Below, one piece after another: positions 57,965-64,000 of a stretch of 64,000 bases of DNA; the first letter of the stretch is position 1; every line of letters starts with the position of its first letter. The DNA comes from Yuukianura sp. NJ FZ-2021 (lineage: Eukaryota): assembly GCA_046563655.1 (NCBI GenBank), contig CM102286.1, forward strand, positions 15,252,001 to 15,316,000, read 5' to 3'. The notes under the pieces were generated by a model, which was not told where the DNA came from, made no database searches, and saw nothing but the letters and a program-made list of their open reading frames with translations. Both the position numbers and the translations under genes were made by a program.

Positions 57965-60363
57965 ATGGGGAAGTCTCGTTCTAAGTCACGAGGGAAGAAG
58001 AAGGGGAAGAAGAAGGACTTGTTGACGGATGAAGAGAAAAGAAAGCAGGCTGAGCAGAGGGCGCTGGCGGAGAGGGAGAAGTTGGTGGCGAGACAGAGTT
58101 TGACGAAGGCCTTTCTCAAGGTCACTTCCATCTAAACTAAAACTAAAAACTTCAAACTAAACTCTAATTTGTGTTTTTGATTCCAGGTCAAAAAAGACAA
58201 GGAGTATGAGTTGGTGAGAGTGAACCAGAACAAGATCCTGGACTTGTGGCGACCACACCTCCGGAAGCAGAAGATCAAGGAGTTGCTGGAACAGTTCCAG
58301 GTCAAACCACTCTCTCTCCTTAGCTTAATTTAAAGAATAGTTTGATAATTTGTAATTTTTGTAGGAAATGCGAGATGCTTTCGAGAAGGCTTTTGCAAAG
58401 AAGAGTCAATGGATTGAGGACTTGGACAGGAGTGTGAATGGGAATGAGGGGGACTACGCAGAGGCGACGGATGGTCACCTCTACCAAGTGGACAAGATGA
58501 TGGGTAAGACTTTCACTTTTGCACAAGTTCAACTAAAGTAATTGTTTTTGGTTTTTAGAGTTCTACGAGATGCGTCTGAAGGAAGTGTTGCGGATGTACG
58601 AAGAGGCGAAGGAGGAGTTGTACTTGACATTGAACTTTGAGAGACAGCGTCTAGCTGCAGTGCATTCTGAGAACATGAACAGTTTGCGTAAGGGGATGAG
58701 GGACTTGGGAGAAAGTGTGGCCAAGGCAGACAAAGAGGCGAGGGCAGAGCAGTATGCGAAGTTAGTGGAACTGAGAACAAAGGTAAGTGACTTGTTCCAG
58801 TAATCCCTCAATTTCCACTCAATCCAATTCATTTGTGTTAAGGGCAACCACGAGCTGTACCTCTTCCGCAGCATCATGACGGAGAAAGTGAACAAGATTT
58901 GGAGTGACCTCCACCTCAAAGTTCTTGGCTACGTCGTAAGTTTTGACAAGGTTTTTGTTTCTTTTTGCAATGCATAACTTTAGTGAGACCTTTGTTAGAA
59001 TATGAATGCAGACAAGAAGACGGAACTGATTGACCTTCTGGCAAAGGACGAAGAAATGGCCAAGACAATCGAAGACTTGTTCAAACGAAGAGCAGTCCTC
59101 GTCGTACTTTCTACTTTCACTTTATTAAAAATAATAGTTTAAATATTTTATTGGTTTTACAATTTGTAATATTTTGTTATATTTTCCTGTTGGTAGGAAG
59201 GGATTGGGCAACTGCGGAAGAAGCGTCAACTGTTTGAGGAGGCCTTTGACCTCTACATGTTCAACATCCGACAAGTTCGCGACTCCTGTCGCCTCGCCTA
59301 CAATCAACTCGCACAAAAGCGAAGGAAGACGCTGGCCACGACGCAGGCAGCTCTGAGGGACCTCCTCCTCACTGTCCACGACGTCCACCAGGTCACACCC
59401 ACTTTTTACACTACGCACTCTGATCCACTTTTCAAAAGTTGACATTTTAGCATTTCAAAAAGTGGACATTTTATCATTTTTTGAAATGGAACTGGACATT
59501 TGTTGGTCCATTTCTACTTCTTTTCAAAACTCAGAGTGCGTCCAACAAAAAACAATTTGTTAGAATGAAATGAGATGTTTTAATTAGAGTGTGTTTAATT
59601 TAGGAGCTGAGTGAGTTGGTGTCGAAGAGAGAGAAAGTGGTGGTTTTGGTGGGGCGAATTGTGGAGACGGAGACGGGAAGTGAGAGGGTGGATCCATTTC
59701 TGGAGCGGTGGGGCCTTGGAGGGACAGCACTGCAAGAGTGGAAGGCACAAGTACAGGACGCTTCCGACTTCTCTGCCCAACAGAGAGGTCTCAATCGCTT
59801 CAGTCTGGCTGTGTCTGACGTCGTGCATCGCTTCGACTGTCGCTGTTCCAAATGCGAATGTGAATCCACTGACGATCCTGAAGGAAGTGGCCTCATTGCT
59901 CCCATCAACTCTGTAATTTCAATTTCAGTTCAAAATTTCATTTTGTGTTGAGGAAATGTACTTGAGTGTTGCTTTTGAGATGGTGAAGACGTATGAGAAG
60001 CTGGAATTGTTCTGGATTCGGTTCAACAAAGTGGGTCTGGAGAAGGCAGCTCTCCAGCATCAGCGTCAACTCGTTCTGAGGGACAATCGGGATTTGAAGA
60101 CTTGTGTTCGGCAGTACATGAGCCACATGAACCCACCTTCCCTGCTTTCCGCCTACCCCTTCCCACCGCCACTTCCGGAGGCCATTGTAAGTTACAACTT
60201 TGGTTTCTAGTTTATAACTTTTGTTTCTTTTCACTTTGTCTCAAGTGGGGCTTTTGTATTTTAGGAGGAGAGTACGGAGAGACTGGGTGAATTGCGTCAG
60301 AGGAACAAACTAAACCAACTGCGACGCAACTGCAGTCAACTCAGGATGGACACTCTTCAGTAA
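57965..60363 (+). CDS. DRC2: Dynein regulatory complex subunit 2 (CCDC65)-like coiled-coil protein
   Basis: Lys-rich N-terminus, NQNKILDLWRPHLRKQKIKEL, ETETGSERVDPF and LELFWIRFNKVGLEKAALQHQRQLVLRDNRDLKTCVRQYM resemble DRC2 conserved blocks. About 10 exons; the last is 60265-60363. Confidence 0.75.
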
Positions 60364-60813
60364 AACACAACCTAAAAACAGAAATAAAGAAGGTGCGTCA
60401 CCAAAAACATTTCTTTTCTGTGCCACCTTTCACATTTATTATTTGATGGTTTATTTAATGTGGGGGTAAAAAGTTTACCGGAAATTAGCGCATGCAGGTT
60501 TTTGTTTGAGTAGGGTGACCTTAGGATGCTGACGACGCAGACTGTTAAAAATTGAACAAATTTCATAACTGGTTGTGCATTTGGGAACGAAGGTGGACTT
60601 TAGTTGGAGATTGGGGAGTGATAGATGGGTTAAGTTGGTGATTCAGACGAGTGACCTTGTGACCTTTGGGAGAGGAGACTCTGATCTCTGATCTGAGTGT
60701 GGGAGTAGATGTGAGTTGTGTTCCAGATCTCAGTTCCAATCCCAACTCCCTCCAGCCAACATCCTCCCACTCACTTCTTCCTCCACTTCCAACTTGAGTC
60801 ATCTTGTTTTGTG

Positions 60814-62457
60814 ATGGATTCCAAGGAAGGAACGAACGGCTACTGTTCCTTCAAGGGCCCCAAACCGTCGCCCTTGGTCATGGACACGGCAGAACTCAAA
60901 AGAAGAAGAAGTCTCTTGTCCAGAACATCGCTTTCCCACGATCCTCTGGAGGCTGACCCCCCTGGGTCCCCCCTCGGCCCCAGAACAGGCACTTCTCCAG
61001 GTAAATACAAATTCTAAAGTGAGAAGGAGGGAAGTGAATGGTTGTTTGTGTTGCAGGGCATGAGCACTGCAGTCTGCATCATGACATGGAGCTGGACCAC
61101 AAGCCCCCCACTCGGGAGGCCCTTCTGCCCTCCATGGCGGGGGCCTACAAGGAGTTGCTCTGGAGTCTCGGTGAGAATCCAGAGAGACCAGGACTACTGA
61201 AGACGCCGGACAGAGCAGCCAAGGCCATGCTCTTCTTTACCAAGGGATACGACCAAACTCTCGAAGGTAAGTGCTGGAACAGGGCTAAGATCGATATTCT
61301 CCGCTTCATCTTCCAACTTCACACTTTCCATGGGGGCACATCCATTCCACAATCAATCTCACCTCAAAAACCATCAACTAAAATTTCAAGTTCAAAAATT
61401 AGTTTTCGTAAATTCAAATCCGGTCCAGTCAGAAATAAGTGGACAAAAAATCCACTGCTGAAAAAAATCGGTTGTAAGAAATTCAGCTAAAGACACACTT
61501 TGAAACTTCAAAAAAAGACTTCCGTTTTTCGCTGACCGCTAGCTAGGAAAACTTCAAATTTTTTTGGTAGTAAAAAAATTTCAGCTGCAAGTAAATATTA
61601 ATATCGCGGTAAAATAGAATTATAGCCATATTAATTTTTACTGTCAGTGAATTATAGCTGCAGTAAAAGTACGAAAACGGAATGAATTGTAGTCCAAATG
61701 ACTGGAATTCCAAGGAGGTTGGAGGGATCATTAATAGACTATAAATTAATTAATTATTATTACTATAAATTAAAATTATTACTACAAATTAATTATTAAT
61801 TAGTAAATAATTAACTAATACTTAATACTTAAGTATTAGTTAAATTAAGTTTATAAGCGTGGTTTGTTTTTAATTTTCAAAAATGTAGAGAATGCGGGAG
61901 AATGTGAAGTGATTTTTGGAAGAGAAGTCCCTCCATTGGATCTGAAATGAGTGTTTCCAGTTGCGCTAATTGAGAAACTGTTGTTTTCAGAGGTGCTGAA
62001 CGATGCTATTTTTGACGAGGACACTGACGAGATGGTGGTGGTGAAGGAGATAGAGATGTTCTCCATGTGTGAGCATCATCTTGTTCCCTTCTTCGGCAAA
62101 GTGGCCATTGGCTACCTCCCCAACAAGAAGGTCCTCGGCCTCAGCAAACTGGCCAGGATCGTAGAAGTGTACTCGCGTCGCTTGCAGGGTAAGTCACACC
62201 TCTACGTTGTTCCAAAGTGACCGACTGATAGTTTGTGTTTAGTTCAGGAACGACTGACGCGTCAAATCGCTGAAGCAGTGCTGGAAGCGATCGAGCCAAG
62301 GGGCGTGGGTGTGGTGGTGGAGGCAGCTCACATGTGCATGGTCATGCGCGGAGTGCAGAAAATCAACTCCAAAACACTGACGAGTTCCATGCTCGGAGAG
62401 TTCAGAGACAACTCCAAGACACGCGAAGAGTTCCTGTCATTCTGTCGATCCAACTAG
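60814..62457 (+). CDS. GCH1: GTP cyclohydrolase I (Punch), 269 aa
   Basis: Exons 60814-61000, 61057-61266, 61991-62188 and 62243-62457 join in frame (810 nt). Motifs [43 protein letters not shown] and HMCMVMRGV. Confidence 0.97.
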
Positions 62458-63241
62458 GCGGGGCCATTAATACTTGGACAACACGGTGCTAACTTCCACG
62501 ACTTCCCAATTATTCAAGGGACCAATCTACGACGAAACAAAGGAGACTGGAGAGGGACCAAACTAATCGTAGACGTGCATAATAGCATAATAGGCACAAC
62601 TACTATGATAGTCTAGAGTAGAACTTCCGACAATTCAGAGGAAAGGCCTCCTTTTAATTAATCCTTGTTGCAGCAAAGTCCTTTATTGATTATAGACTAA
62701 GTAAAGAGTGGGACCAACCATTTACTCGCATAATCGCTTAAGCCAATTGTTGTAGTCAAATAAATTAAACGTTTGGGTTACATGCAAGGGACGAATGTGC
62801 TAGGCAAAGCGACGCTCATCAAATGCTCAAATGCAGCTCTCCGTTTCCGGCTGACATAACACAGCTTTTAATCCATTGTGACCAAAAGTGCCAGATAATT
62901 GTAACCCACGTTCGTTGGAACAGTGCCCAAGTAAAAAAATAACTTTAAGATCTTATTAGAATCACAAACACATTTTTCAAAAGTAAATTAACTTTGAATT
63001 TTCTATGAAAATTCATAACTCGGGAACGAAAAGTGATAGAGACGTTAGCTCGACCGTTCTGAAGTCGCCAAAGTAAGAAGAATTTTATAGAAAATTAAAA
63101 CCACGACCCAAATTCTTGACGAAATTTCATAAAAATTGAAGGCTATAGCCTAGGATTTATTTTTGGCGGAAAATTTTTTCTTCGTTTTTGACCCTTTTAA
63201 AATTTCTAAAAATTCTCCATATGTGTCAATGTTCTTTTCAC

Positions 63242-64000
63242 ATCACAACATCTTCCCTGACAACTGCATCAAATTTAATTTGATATCAAAAAAGTAGCGT
63301 TTTCATTTAGTTTTGTCTCAAAACAATTTCGGCAAACTCCTCCTTATGGACGTTTCTATACAAAAACTTTAGATGTCTACAGTAACCATGTCTTACGTCA
63401 CACATAGCAACATATATACATTTTCTGAATCAGGAAGTCAAGCCCTTTCCAACGATATGCTACTTGCATGTGGTCGTCATAAGATCAAATGACGTCATTT
63501 GAATCCCCGTCACACTTTACCCTTTGCTTCTGGAGGGCTGAAAATTGATACAAATGATTACAACATCTTCCCTGACAACTGCATCAAATTTAATTCGATT
63601 TCAAAAAAGTAGCGTTTTCATTTAGTTTTGTCTCAAAACAATTTCGGCAAACTCCTGCTTATGGACTTTTCTATACAAAAACTTTAGATGTCTACAGTAA
63701 CCATGTTTTACGTCACACGTAGCAACATATATACATTTTCTGAATCAGGAAGTCAAGCCCTTTCCAACGATATGCTACTTGCATGTGGTCGTCATAAGAT
63801 CAAATGACGTCATTTGAATCCCCGTCACACTTTACCCTTTGCTTCTGGAGGGCTGAAAATTGATACAAATGATCACAACATCATCCCTGACAACTGCATC
63901 AAATTTAATTCGATTTCAAAAAAGTAGCGTTTTCATTTAGTTTTGTCTCAACAATTTCGGCAAACTCCTCCTTATGGACTTTTCTATACAAAAACTTTAG
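63242..64000. repeat. 315-bp tandem repeat, at least 2.4 copies, runs off the window
   Basis: acaacatc...cctgacaactgcatc starts at 63245, 63560 and 63875. Confidence 0.92.

Overview
Gene-dense eukaryotic DNA with many 50-80 bp GT-AG introns. It is hexapod-like and most consistent with a springtail (Collembola); this is inferred from gene content and intron size, not confirmed. Genes in order: ALG12 (-, runs off the left edge), a kinase-less multi-Ig single-pass receptor (-), a gustatory-receptor-like 7TM gene (+), a large ankyrin-repeat gene (-), a fruitless-like BTB-zinc-finger gene with alternative terminal zinc-finger exons (-), a ZAD/C2H2 zinc-finger gene (-), an intronless microbial-type class I terpene synthase (-), FCF1 (-), Acf1/BAZ1A (+), CAPZB (-), an uncharacterised CaaX-ending protein (+), a Tret1-like sugar transporter (-), DRC2/CCDC65 (+) and GTP cyclohydrolase I (+). 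Introns and intergenic DNA carry non-autonomous Helitrons with internal satellites, MITEs, a decayed pogo element and several minisatellites. Two observations stand out. (1) A 672-bp long-TIR element with an 8-bp TSD sits inside a coding exon of the ankyrin gene, and a GT..AG pair spanning exactly 680 bp would splice it out and restore the ancestral protein sequence, making it a candidate Introner-like, intron-generating insertion. (2) An animal genome carries a bacterial/fungal-type terpene synthase with a degenerate NSE motif. Three genes each lack one base in a G4/C4 run, most likely assembly error.
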